From positions 3,841-67,840 of the forward strand of contig JAUSPT010000024.1 in the NCBI GenBank assembly GCA_030652805.1: a stretch of DNA of 64,000 nt, read 5' to 3'. This document shows positions 51,462-60,204 of this stretch, piece by piece. Position 1 is the first letter of the stretch. The number at the start of each line of letters is the position of its first letter. The notes under the pieces are model-generated. The model searched no databases. It was not told the DNA's origin and was given only the letters and a program-made list of their open reading frames with translations. Both the position numbers and the translations under genes were made by a program. The DNA is from a bacterium (lineage in GTDB: Bacteria > JAHJDO01).

Positions 51462-52793
51462 TTACCGGGATAATAAACAGGCTGGAATAAACAGGGCTTG
51501 AGTATCGTTTAACTGTCGGCTGTCAAGGAAATCTTTTGTAACAACCAATGTATTTTTAGCATTTATCTGACTCATGCCACTTTTCATTGCTCTGGGAACC
51601 TTTGCCGATTTAAGCGGTTGATATTTAACTTCAATAGCCATATCCCTGATTAAAAAGTCTATTTCGGTACCACTGTAAGTCCTCCAAAAGGATACGGGGT
51701 TGGCTATATCTTGAAGTCCTGCCAGTAGTTGGAATATTACGTTTTCAACCAGATGACCTTTATCTATCCGATCCGATAACGGAAGGAACTGATTAATAAG
51801 TGCATTGCGTATGCCTGTATCATAAAAATATGTTTTAGGTGATTTAATAACTCTTTTCTTCACATTAGAAAAATACGGCGGTATCAAGTCAACTACGAAT
51901 GTAACCGAAAGGATATCCAGATACCTCTGCAGGGTGCGATATGTGATTCCAAGGGGAGTAGTAAGTTCAGAATAGACCGTCAGGCTGCCTATTTGACCGG
52001 CCAGAATCTTAATCAACTGAGTAAAAGAGCCCAGATGATCTATATCAAATAGGGTGTGAATATCCTTGCGCAGATAATCATTGATAATACTCTGAAGGCG
52101 TTTCTGCTTAATATCTGCTGAATCGGCCATAACCACGGCTGGGTGACCACCGTAAACAGTATATTCTTCAAAAAGCGGTATCAGTCTCTGTAGAAAAGGT
52201 TGTATCGCAGGAGGCTCTGGCATCCTTTTCCCAAAGATATTTCGCAAACAAAATTTTTCGGTGAGTTCCGATAACTGATGCTCCTGCCTAAAATTGAGAA
52301 ATTCTTTGAATGCAAGAGACTGTAGATGAAATTCCTGTTTCCTACCGGGCAGAGTGTCCTTGAATTTTTTCCGTAATCCGGTAGATGAGGAACCCGAAGC
52401 GATTATTTTTATTTCAGGGTGGTGGTCAACAAGAAGTTTTACCAGTTGAGATGGATTGTCCAAATACTGAATTTCGTCAATGAACAGATAAAGAATACGT
52501 TTTGAATGAAATTTTTTCCCGGCCAGGCGCAAATGTTCTAATAAAGCTGAAACACCGCTATTACAGATTTCCAGGTCGGCAGAAGATTCTAAGTCGAAAA
52601 AAGCTATATTTTCAAGATTTGCTATTTTAGTCTTAAGTAAATACTGGGCCAGAAGAAACATAAGGCAGCTTTTTCCCACCTGTCTGGAACCAACGATAAT
52701 AATAGATTCACGTTCAGACAACCATGGGATAATTTGTTCCATAATATCTCTTTTGTTTAACTTGCGATTGACGACATCTTCAGTTTTTATCAT
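51462..52793 (-). CDS. AAA+ ATPase, AAA_14/DUF4143 family (second copy in the window)
   Basis: Walker A VGSRQVGKSCL, Walker B LFIDEIQ, and a C-terminal DUF4143-like region (KTYFYDTGI). 443 aa. Confidence 0.7.
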   Translation of the reverse strand: MIKTEDVVNRKLNKRDIMEQIIPWLSERESIIIVGSRQVGKSCLMFLLAQYLLKTKIANLENIAFFDLESSADLEICNSGVSALLEHLRLAGKKFHSKRILYLFIDEIQYLDNPSQLVKLLVDHHPEIKIIASGSSSTGLRKKFKDTLPGRKQEFHLQSLAFKEFLNFRQEHQLSELTEKFCLRNIFGKRMPEPPAIQPFLQRLIPLFEEYTVYGGHPAVVMADSADIKQKRLQSIINDYLRKDIHTLFDIDHLGSFTQLIKILAGQIGSLTVYSELTTPLGITYRTLQRYLDILSVTFVVDLIPPYFSNVKKRVIKSPKTYFYDTGIRNALINQFLPLSDRIDKGHLVENVIFQLLAGLQDIANPVSFWRTYSGTEIDFLIRDMAIEVKYQPLKSAKVPRAMKSGMSQINAKNTLVVTKDFLDSRQLNDTQALFIPACLLSR

Positions 52794-52966
52794 ATTAGTG
52801 CCTCCATAGACAATTATATCATGGAAAATATTGTTGTCAATGTCAAAAATTTTCTATTAAATAAAAATAATAGATTGTTTTGTAGTAATAAGTTATAATT
52901 AAATTTCTAACGAGGTTTAGCTGATGGCTTTGCCTACCAAAGAAAGGATTTGGAAGGGAATTAAAA

Positions 52967-54664
52967 ATGGAAGCAAGAAAAACAGGAATTGATATTTTAG
53001 GCAATAAGCCCTGGGGTACACACTTCTGCCAATTTTACCAGACCAAAAATGATTTAATTGATATTCTGGTGCCGTATTTTAAAGCGGGATTAGAAAATAA
53101 TGAATTTTGCATGTGGGTTACTTCAGAGCCTCTAAATGTTGAAGAAACAAAGGAATCGTTAAGAAAGGCTGTAAAAGACCTGGATAAGTATATCAAAAAA
53201 GGTCAGATAGAAATACTTGATTACAGCCAGTGGTATACCAAAGCAGGAAAATTCGAACAGGATAGGGTATTACAGGGCTGGGTCAAAAAGGAGAAGGAAG
53301 CCATAAAGAAAGGGTTTGACGGTCTCCGCCTCACAGGCAATACTTTCTGGCTTGAGAAAAAGGACTGGAAGAGTTTTGCTGATTATGAAGAAGTGGTAAA
53401 CAATGTTATAGGTAAATATAAAATGCTCGCAATCTGCACCTATTCCCTTGAAAAGTGCAATCTATTTAAAGTCCTGGATGTAGTCAAAAACCACCAATTC
53501 GCTCTCATACAGCGTGCAGGTAAATGGGAGATTATTGAAAGCGCCGAGCTCAGGAAGGCGGAGGAGGAGCTAAGGGAAAACGAAGAGAAGTATCGAGACT
53601 TGTGGGAGAACGTAAATGACCTTATTCAGAGCGTTAAACCAGATGGTACGTTTGTATATGTTAACCGTGCCTGGCGAGAAACTCTTGGGTATAATGAGAA
53701 AGAAATCCCAGATCTCTCGTTGTTGGATATCATTCATCCCGACAGTCATGCGCACTGTATGGAGATATTTAAGCGTTTGTTAGCTGGAGAAAAGGTCGAA
53801 TACATTGAAGCTGCGTTCCTGGCCAAGGATGGCAAGACAATTATGGTCGAGGGAAGCGCAAACTGTCGCTTCGTAGATGGCAAGCCTGTTACTACACGCG
53901 CTATTTTCCGTGATGTCACCGAGCGCAAGAAGGTGGAGAAGAGGAAATCGGAATTTCTTTCTCATGTATCCCACGCCTTAAGGACACCCTTGGCTTCGAT
54001 TAAATCCTTTGTAGAGATTCTCTTAAAGTACAAAGATGTGAATCCGACCGAACAAAGTGAGTTTCTGACTGTAATTAATAATGAAACTGACCGTTTAACT
54101 CGCCTGATAAATCAACTTTTAGATTTAGACAAGATAGAACAGGACGAGTTAAAATGGAAATTTGTGTCTTGTGATATCTCGAATATAGTTCAGAACGCAA
54201 TTAGTGAGCTAGAGCCATTGATACAAGAAAAAAATATTGTAGTTAATATGAATCTTCCTTCTCAGGATTTGATTGTTAATGGAGATAAAGATAGATTAAA
54301 TGAGGTGTTCATAAATCTAATAGGCAATGCAATTAAATTTACTCCTAGTAAGAGAGAGATTAGGATAACCGTTAAAAATAAAGGGAAAGTTGTCGAAGTC
54401 AGTATAGCTGATACAGGTATAGGAATACCCAAGGATGAGTTGACCAATATCTTTGAAAGGTTCAAGAGATTAGATAACTCCATTAATAGAAAGCTAACAG
54501 GAACAGGTTTGGGCTTATACATATGCAAGCAAATTATAGAAAAGCATGAAGGTAAGATTTGGGCTGAGAGCCATGGAAGTAAGGGTGCTAAATTTATTTT
54601 TGTCTTACCAAAGTATAAAGCTAAGTCAACTAAAAAGAGAATCGAACCCAAAAGAGGTTCATAG
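52967..54664 (+). CDS. Sensor histidine kinase with an N-terminal MEDS sensory domain, a PAS domain, HisKA and HATPase_c
   Basis: MEDS-type block (HFCQFYQTKNDLIDILVPYFKAGLENNEFCMWV). PAS (VNRAWRETLGYNEKEI). H-box SHVSHALRTPL. N/G1/G2 boxes (LIGNAIKFT, DTGIGI, GTGLGL). 565 aa. Confidence 0.8.
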   Translation: MEARKTGIDILGNKPWGTHFCQFYQTKNDLIDILVPYFKAGLENNEFCMWVTSEPLNVEETKESLRKAVKDLDKYIKKGQIEILDYSQWYTKAGKFEQDRVLQGWVKKEKEAIKKGFDGLRLTGNTFWLEKKDWKSFADYEEVVNNVIGKYKMLAICTYSLEKCNLFKVLDVVKNHQFALIQRAGKWEIIESAELRKAEEELRENEEKYRDLWENVNDLIQSVKPDGTFVYVNRAWRETLGYNEKEIPDLSLLDIIHPDSHAHCMEIFKRLLAGEKVEYIEAAFLAKDGKTIMVEGSANCRFVDGKPVTTRAIFRDVTERKKVEKRKSEFLSHVSHALRTPLASIKSFVEILLKYKDVNPTEQSEFLTVINNETDRLTRLINQLLDLDKIEQDELKWKFVSCDISNIVQNAISELEPLIQEKNIVVNMNLPSQDLIVNGDKDRLNEVFINLIGNAIKFTPSKREIRITVKNKGKVVEVSIADTGIGIPKDELTNIFERFKRLDNSINRKLTGTGLGLYICKQIIEKHEGKIWAESHGSKGAKFIFVLPKYKAKSTKKRIEPKRGS

Positions 54665-54681
54665 AGTAATAGGAGAGATCT

Positions 54682-55368
54682 ATGGCTAAGAGAACAATCT
54701 TAGTAGTTGATGATGATCCTAATATCATTCAAGCGGTCTCTTTTGTTTTAAAAAAGGAAGGATATATAGTTACTACAGCTGTTGATGGAAAAGAAGCATT
54801 TAAAAAAGCTAAAGAAGAATTACCTCACCTAATTATTCTTGATGTTATGTTACCGAAACTGAGTGGATTTGAGGTCTGTAAACGATTAAAAGCTAATACT
54901 CAAACCAGAAAAATTCGTACTATTATGTTGACTGCTAGGAGTGAAGAAAAGGATAAAAGGTTGGGTGAGAAGTTAGGTGTGAATGCTTATATTACTAAAC
55001 CTTATAATATTGATGAGGTTCTATTTACAGTAAAGAGAGCTATAGAGAAAAAAGAATTACAGAGATCAATTGAAAAAATGAAAAAAGCAGCCTTGGTGGG
55101 GTATATGGGAGAGGCGATGTCTCATGAGATATTTAATCCTTTATCTGTTGTTTCTGGCTCCGTCCAACTTTTAATGAGCAGGATTAAAAAAGGCAAAAAG
55201 CTAACTACAAAAGAATATGAAGATTTCTTTAAAAATATTACTAAAAATGTAGAAAGGTGCATAGAGATTATAAATATTTTTAGGAAATTTTATGCATCTA
55301 TAGGCATTGAGATTAAGCCTAGAAATTTAGAAGAAACGTTAAGGGATATATTGGAAGGCAAGATATGA
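54682..55368 (+). CDS. Response-regulator receiver domain fused to a HisKA-like (DHp) domain, with no ATPase domain
   Basis: REC: ILVVDDDPNI...ILDVMLPKLSGFEV...KPY. C-terminal H-box-like MSHEIFNPLSVVSGSVQLL. 228 aa. Overlaps the next gene by ATGA. Confidence 0.65.
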   Translation: MAKRTILVVDDDPNIIQAVSFVLKKEGYIVTTAVDGKEAFKKAKEELPHLIILDVMLPKLSGFEVCKRLKANTQTRKIRTIMLTARSEEKDKRLGEKLGVNAYITKPYNIDEVLFTVKRAIEKKELQRSIEKMKKAALVGYMGEAMSHEIFNPLSVVSGSVQLLMSRIKKGKKLTTKEYEDFFKNITKNVERCIEIINIFRKFYASIGIEIKPRNLEETLRDILEGKI

Positions 55369-56438
55369 TTATGAGTAAAGAGTTTAGCAGAGCTCTGTTT
55401 GAGTACAATCCTATTGAAACCGTAGTCGTGGATTTGGAAGGAAGAATAATCGACTTTAATCTGGCAAAAAAGAACTCAGGGGATAGATTGCCCAATATTG
55501 GGGATGGGATGTACAAGGATTATGCAGCTCATCATGAGATTGACATGTATGCTGAATTGATAAAATGTATCAGAACAAGTAAGGTAAAAAAGTTTCCTGA
55601 GAAAAAATATAAAAAGAGGTTTCTATCCATAACAATAGCTCCCTTTCCCAAAGGGGCAATTATAACATCTCTAGATGTCACCGAGCACAAGAAAGAGACA
55701 GAAATAGAGAGGAAAAGAGCTACAGAGGCGAAAAAGGATTATGAACAACTACAAGCCAATAAGGACGATTTGATTCGCTCCGAGAAACTTGCCTTTACCG
55801 GCCGCATAGCCGCAAATATTGCTCATGAGATAAGAAATCCCCTGACCAATGTAGCTATGGCAGTCCAGCAGCTTGGGAAAACCATTAAACAGGAAGGACA
55901 CATTGCTAAACATATGGACATCATTAAAAGAAACACAGAAAGGATTAACTATTTAATTACTGAACTCCTAAATTGTGCCCGCCCGCCAAAACTTAATATA
56001 CAGCCATGTAATATTCATAAGGTATTAGAAGATATTTTAGAGTCCAACAAGACTAAGATTAGTTCAAAAAATATAAAGATAATTAAAAGGTTTACCTCTG
56101 ACACATTCATAATAAAGATTGATAAAGAACAAATGCAGCGTGCCTTCTTAAACATAGTCATCAATGCTATTGAAGCTATGCCCAAGAGAGGCAAATTGAC
56201 CATTATTACAGAGTTTAAGGGAAATCTTTTTGAGGTGAAGGTTCAAGATACAGGTAAAGGCATTCCTGAAGAAGATATTATCAGGATATTTGACCCTTTC
56301 TTTAGTTCCAAGTCCGGGGGTGTAGGCTTAGGATTGACTATATGTTATGGGATTATTGTGAGCCATGGCGGTACTATAGAGGTAGAAAGCAAGCCGAAAG
56401 AAGGGTCTATCTTTATGGTATCTTTGCCAATTGGGTAA
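55365..56438 (+). CDS. Histidine kinase (PAS-like N-terminus, HisKA, HATPase_c) with no obvious membrane segments
   Basis: H-box AHEIRNPLTNV; N box NAIEAM; G boxes DTGKGI and GVGLGL. 357 aa. Confidence 0.75.
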   Translation: MIMSKEFSRALFEYNPIETVVVDLEGRIIDFNLAKKNSGDRLPNIGDGMYKDYAAHHEIDMYAELIKCIRTSKVKKFPEKKYKKRFLSITIAPFPKGAIITSLDVTEHKKETEIERKRATEAKKDYEQLQANKDDLIRSEKLAFTGRIAANIAHEIRNPLTNVAMAVQQLGKTIKQEGHIAKHMDIIKRNTERINYLITELLNCARPPKLNIQPCNIHKVLEDILESNKTKISSKNIKIIKRFTSDTFIIKIDKEQMQRAFLNIVINAIEAMPKRGKLTIITEFKGNLFEVKVQDTGKGIPEEDIIRIFDPFFSSKSGGVGLGLTICYGIIVSHGGTIEVESKPKEGSIFMVSLPIG

Positions 56439-56547
56439 AGATCAAAAGTTAGAAAAAGTAAAATTTTGAGATAAAAAAGGCACAAAGTGACAAAGGCGCA
56501 AAAGATGCTCGTTTACATAACGGAGAGTGAATATAAACTCACCCTGA

Positions 56548-56598
56548 CCCTCTCTTGAGTAGAGAGGGAATGTTCCCCTTCTCTGTCAAGAGAAGGGG
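56548..56598 (+). other. Two adjacent GC-rich stem-loops (CCCTCTC-N7-GAGAGGG; CCCCTTCTCT-N4-AGAGAAGGGG) in the 210-nt intergenic region
   Basis: Read directly in the sequence; no T-tract follows. Candidate RNA element or attenuator between the kinase gene and the DUF4339-REC gene. Confidence 0.4.
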
Positions 56599-56648
56599 CG
56601 AGGGGATGAGTTGAGTTCACTAAATATTTACGACGACGGAGTGTAATA

Positions 56649-57257
56649 GTGGAAATAAAATATGATATTAGAAGAGGCGCAGATATATATCGGGCAATTT
56701 ATGGAGCTCGATTACAGAAATGGATTCTTGCAGGTAAGATAAAGCGAGGAGAAGTAATTGTCTGGCGAAGCGGTCTTTCAGGCTGGCGCAAAGCCGAAGA
56801 ACTTGAAGAACTGGCGCCATTTTTTGAACAGTGGGAAAAAGAACAATTAAGAGAAACAAAGAGGCAAAAAGAGCAAGTCTTCTTAAGGAAGAAACAGAAG
56901 AAGATAAAGAATATTTTGATAATAGACGATGAGAAGGATTTGTGTTCGCTCCTGTCTGACGCCTTAATCCAGAGAAACTACAATGTATCGATTGCAAACA
57001 CAAAAAGAGAAGCTATGGCTTATCTTAAAAAGAAATCACCTGATTTAGTTCTGTTAGACCTAAAACTACCTGATGGCGATGGAATAAAAATCCTTCCTAG
57101 GATCAAAAGGGTAAATCCAGAGACAGTAGTGATTGTAATTTCTGCCTATGGAAGCGAAGAAAGCAGACAAATGGCAAAAAAGGGAGGAGCTTTTACCTTT
57201 ATAAACAAGCCGTTTACTGAAGAAGATATATTAAGGAGTATAAAAGTACTCTCATAA
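56649..57257 (+). CDS. Single-domain response regulator with an N-terminal DUF4339 (GYF-like) domain
   Basis: DUF4339-like IYGARLQKWILAGKIKRGEVIVWRSGLSGWRKAEEL, then REC (ILIIDDEKDL ... LLDLKLPDGDG ... KPF). 202 aa. Confidence 0.65.
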   Translation: MEIKYDIRRGADIYRAIYGARLQKWILAGKIKRGEVIVWRSGLSGWRKAEELEELAPFFEQWEKEQLRETKRQKEQVFLRKKQKKIKNILIIDDEKDLCSLLSDALIQRNYNVSIANTKREAMAYLKKKSPDLVLLDLKLPDGDGIKILPRIKRVNPETVVIVISAYGSEESRQMAKKGGAFTFINKPFTEEDILRSIKVLS

Positions 57258-57268
57258 CAGAGGGCAGC

Positions 57269-58648
57269 ATGGAGACGATTCTAATAGTAGATGATGAGAA
57301 GGACTTGCGTTTTAATCTTTCCAACATTTTGAAGGACGAAGGTTACAACGCAATCGCTGTGGGAGACGGAAGGAAAGCGCTTAATGCAGTTAAGAAAAAT
57401 TCTCCCAATTTGGTCCTGCTGGATATGAAGCTTCCTGAAATGGATGGGATGCAGATTCTAGAGAAGATGAAGCTGATTGATAAGGATTTGATTATTATAA
57501 TGCTTACTGCTTATGGAAATCTAAATGGAGCGGTAAAAGCAATGAAATTAGGGGCATTTGACTATCTTGCCAAGCCTTTTGATAATGAAGAATTAATTCT
57601 TGTAATAAAAAGGGCTCTTCGGACCCAATATTTAGCCAAGGAAGTAGAAACTCTAAAAAAACGGGTTGGTGAAAAAATTACAGCAGAAGAGCTAATGGGA
57701 GAAAGCCCTCAAATAAAGCAAGTCTTAAAACAGATTAAGATAATTGCTCCGACCAATATGACTGTAATACTTCAAGGTGAAAGCGGAACAGGCAAGGAAT
57801 TGATTGCTCAGATGATCCATCAGGAAAGTCCGCGAAAAAATGACCCTTTTATTGCTATAGACTGTGGCGCAATTCCCGATACATTGGCTGAGAGTGAACT
57901 CTTTGGTCATGAGAAAGGCGCCTTTACAGGAGCTGATGCTCAAAAAGAAGGCAGGTTTGAAGAGGCTAATGGAGGAACTCTGTTTCTGGATGAGATTACA
58001 AATCTCTCTTCTACTACGCAGAGAAAACTTCTCAGAGTGATACAGGAAAGAAGGCTTCAGCATATAGGCGGCAAGAGAAGTATAAAAGTTGACGTCAGAA
58101 TAATCGTGGCTACGAACATTAATCTCTCAGGCGCGGTAAGGCGGGGTAAATTTAGAGAGGACCTCTTCCATAGGTTAAATGAATTTCATATTTCACTTCC
58201 CCCGCTTCGGGAAAGAAAAGATGACATCCCCCATTTAGCCATGCGTTTTTTGGGGGGAGGAAATCAGGAATTAAATAAAAAAATAGAAGGGTTTTCTTCT
58301 GATGTAATGAAATTGCTTCTGGATTATCCCTGGCCGGGCAATGTTAGAGAATTAAAGAATGTAGTCAGAAAAGCAGTGCTTCTGTGCGATTCCAATCATA
58401 TCAAACCGGAACACTTTCCATTAGATAATATTGCTTCCACTAAAAAGCTTGAATTTCAGCAGGATTTGGATAAAGGAGTCTCCCTCAAAGAGATAACTAA
58501 AAAAGCGACAGGACAGATAGAAAAGGAAGCTATTGAGCAAGCACTGGCAAAAGCCGGCGGCAATAAAAGTAAAACCGCCAAAATCCTCAAAATAGACCGC
58601 ATGACCCTCTATTCTAAGATGAAGGAATATCAGATACGTAGACTGTAA
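57269..58648 (+). CDS. Sigma-54-dependent transcriptional activator (NtrC family: REC, AAA+ sigma-54 interaction domain, Fis-type HTH)
   Basis: REC (ILIVDDEKDL...LLDMKLPEMDG). Walker A GESGTGKE, GAFTGA motif, ESELFGHEKGAFTGA, Walker B LFLDEI. C-terminal HTH (AGGNKSKTAKILKIDRMTLY). 459 aa. Confidence 0.9.
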   Translation: METILIVDDEKDLRFNLSNILKDEGYNAIAVGDGRKALNAVKKNSPNLVLLDMKLPEMDGMQILEKMKLIDKDLIIIMLTAYGNLNGAVKAMKLGAFDYLAKPFDNEELILVIKRALRTQYLAKEVETLKKRVGEKITAEELMGESPQIKQVLKQIKIIAPTNMTVILQGESGTGKELIAQMIHQESPRKNDPFIAIDCGAIPDTLAESELFGHEKGAFTGADAQKEGRFEEANGGTLFLDEITNLSSTTQRKLLRVIQERRLQHIGGKRSIKVDVRIIVATNINLSGAVRRGKFREDLFHRLNEFHISLPPLRERKDDIPHLAMRFLGGGNQELNKKIEGFSSDVMKLLLDYPWPGNVRELKNVVRKAVLLCDSNHIKPEHFPLDNIASTKKLEFQQDLDKGVSLKEITKKATGQIEKEAIEQALAKAGGNKSKTAKILKIDRMTLYSKMKEYQIRRL

Positions 58649-58720
58649 ATCGTATATCGTATACAGCACACGGCTAACGAAATACGGACGACGAAATACG
58701 AAATACAGCATGCAAAGCGC

Positions 58721-58793
58721 TGTAGAATAGAGTCTACACTATATAAAGGAACACGTAGGGTTGTTGTAAAATAAATTCTACACAGATGTAGAA
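58721..58793 (+). promoter_or_regulatory. Two palindromes with TGTAGA/TCTACA half-sites (TGTAGAatagagTCTACA; TTCTACAcagaTGTAGAA), 120-190 bp upstream of the sigma-54 promoter; candidate enhancer (UAS) sites
   Basis: Read directly at 58721-58738 and 58776-58793. Their position relative to the -24/-12 element is typical for bacterial enhancer-binding-protein sites. Confidence 0.5.
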
Positions 58794-58910
58794 ACAACTC
58801 TACGCTTTTTGCCTTTAAATTTCCTCTGCTTTTAAGCTCCTCAGAATTCTTTCAAAAGATATTTTTAAAAAAGAGGATACGCAAGCCGAAATTTTTTTTA
58901 GCAGATACTT

Positions 58911-58925
58911 TGGCACGGAATTTGC
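58911..58925 (+). promoter_or_regulatory. Sigma-54 (-24/-12) promoter TGGCACG-GAAT-TTGCT upstream of gvpA
   Basis: Exact match to the TGGCACG-N4-TTGCW consensus, with the GG and GC dinucleotides separated by 10 nt. An NtrC-family activator gene sits immediately upstream. Confidence 0.75.
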
Positions 58926-58934
58926 TTTTACAAT

Positions 58935-59022
58935 ACAGATGGTCGCAGATGAAAAATCGCAGATGGGTACAGATGTTCAATCTGCGCTGGTCTGTGAAAA
59001 TAATCTGCGCTAATCTGTGAAA
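58935..59022 (+). repeat. Array of 8 heptamer/octamer repeats in the predicted gvpA 5' leader: 4x (A/CG)CAGATG forward, then 4x ATCTG(CGC/TGAAA) inverted
   Basis: Sequence read directly: ACAGATGgtCGCAGATGaaaaatCGCAGATGggtACAGATGttcAATCTGCGCtggTCTGTGAAAataATCTGCGCtaATCTGTGAAA. Confidence 0.7.
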
Positions 59023-59039
59023 GAGGGGAGGTGGAAAAA

Positions 59040-59246
59040 ATGGCAGTAGAAAAAGCAATCGGTTCATCTAGTTTGGTTGAGGTTATTGACAGAATCCTTG
59101 ACAAGGGTGTTGTGGTTGATGCATGGGTTAGAATTTCTTTAGTTGGTATTGAATTACTCGCTATTGAAGCAAGAGTCGTAGTCGCATCAGTCGAGACATA
59201 CCTGAAGTATGCTGAAGCAATTGGTCTAACCGCAACAGCAGCTTAA
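59040..59246 (+). CDS. gvpA: Gas vesicle structural protein GvpA
   Basis: [68 protein letters not shown] is nearly identical in pattern to canonical GvpA (…[27 protein letters not shown](L/I)L(A/T)IEARVVIASV(E/D)[11 protein letters not shown]…). RBS GGAGG 9 nt upstream of the ATG at 59040. The ORF track's GTG start at 59031 is less likely. Confidence 0.97.
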   Translation: MAVEKAIGSSSLVEVIDRILDKGVVVDAWVRISLVGIELLAIEARVVVASVETYLKYAEAIGLTATAA

Positions 59247-59288
59247 GTATAGTTTAAAAAAAGGATTCTTGCCGAGCCACCCTTTTGA

Positions 59289-59372
59289 GCGCAGATTGGC
59301 GCAGATGTAAAAGACAGATGCACACAGAGAAATCTGTGATAATCAGCGTAAAAAAATCAGTGTTAATCTGTG
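59289..59372 (+). repeat. Second cluster of the same CAGATG/ATCTGTG repeats immediately 3' of gvpA (GCGCAGAT, GCGCAGATG, ACAGATG, 2x ATCTGTG)
   Basis: Sequence read directly: gaGCGCAGATtgGCGCAGATGtaaaagACAGATGcacacagagaaATCTGTGataatcagcgtaaaaaaatcagtgttaATCTGTGg. Confidence 0.65.
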
Positions 59373-59435
59373 GTTTAAACAGCATGGTTCGCCAAGAGAT
59401 TCCTTTTTCCGTTCTGAGAAAAAAGGGGTAAAATT

Positions 59436-60134
59436 ATGGGAAGTGCCGAGGAAATGAAGAATTTGGCGCAAGGAATTGTTTCTTCTTATCAGGCCAGAGT
59501 TTCTGAAGTAGCCACGGTCATGGACAATGCTCACCAAATTCTTGAAGATTTTAAGCTCAAAAGAAGTGAGATGAGCAGTCAACTTAGAGAAACCCTTGCC
59601 AATGGAGAGTCTCTCAGAAAAAAGGATTTTGATAATATGATGAAAGGCATCCTTTCCCATCAAGAAGAAAGAGAAAAAGAGGTAAAAGATTTATTAAAGA
59701 CTTTTTTTGAAGAACAAAAAGAAATAGCTGAAGCCATTAGGAAGAATTTGGCCGAAGGCGAAAGCGTGAGAATAAGTGATTTTAAAAAGATGCTCCAGGA
59801 TATTCAGGCAAGGCAGAAACTCAGGGAAAATGAAGTAAGAACGACCCTAAAGGAATTTCAGGAAGGACATAGGGAGATGGCTGAGTCTTTGCACAGCCTT
59901 TTAAATAAAGAAGAGTCCTTACGGATTGAGGACTTTAAAGAGATGCTAAAAGATATTCGTTCAAGACAGATAGAGCGGAAAAAAGAAGTCAGAACCAAAC
60001 TTGATGAATTCAGGAAAGAACATCAAAATATGACTTCCGAATGGAATAAACTAACCGGTCTTATGGCCGAGAAAAGAGCCAGCAAGCTGAGAGGAGGTGA
60101 GAGAGAGGAAAAGTTGGAAGTTGCCAGGGTTTAA
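59436..60134 (+). CDS. Repeat protein (three ~50-aa repeats, consensus L..GES.R..DFK.ML.DI..RQ..RE.EV...L.EF...H.EM) of unknown family; candidate gas-vesicle-associated protein
   Basis: Good RBS (AAAAGGGG). Repeats identified by eye in the translation (SQLRETLANGESLRKKDFDNMM…; RKNLAEGESVRISDFKKML…; HSLLNKEESLRIEDFKEML…). Shares its N-terminal ~40 aa and repeat type with the next gene. 232 aa. Confidence 0.6.
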   Translation: MGSAEEMKNLAQGIVSSYQARVSEVATVMDNAHQILEDFKLKRSEMSSQLRETLANGESLRKKDFDNMMKGILSHQEEREKEVKDLLKTFFEEQKEIAEAIRKNLAEGESVRISDFKKMLQDIQARQKLRENEVRTTLKEFQEGHREMAESLHSLLNKEESLRIEDFKEMLKDIRSRQIERKKEVRTKLDEFRKEHQNMTSEWNKLTGLMAEKRASKLRGGEREEKLEVARV

Positions 60135-60204
60135 TTTTGGATCCTGGGTAAGTAACCTGATGTATGGGAACTAAGAAACTAGAAGTTTAAGAGGAGGAAT
60201 AAAG

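Noticed and set aside
54682-56438. Possibility that the REC-DHp ORF and the following kinase ORF are one gene split by a frameshift
   Set aside because: The downstream ORF has its own complete H-box (AHEIRNPL). The two ORFs overlap by the common ATGA coupling arrangement, and both have sensible domain boundaries.
58686-58710. Short tandem CGAAATAC x3 repeat downstream of the sigma-54 activator gene
   Set aside because: Only three imperfect units, probably slippage-derived. It has no obvious structural or coding role and is not scored separately from the UAS region.
59247-59290. Looked for a rho-independent terminator immediately after gvpA
   Set aside because: Only a weak AAAAAGG…CCTTTT pairing with a large loop; it is not convincing. 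Read-through into the downstream gvp genes is plausible.
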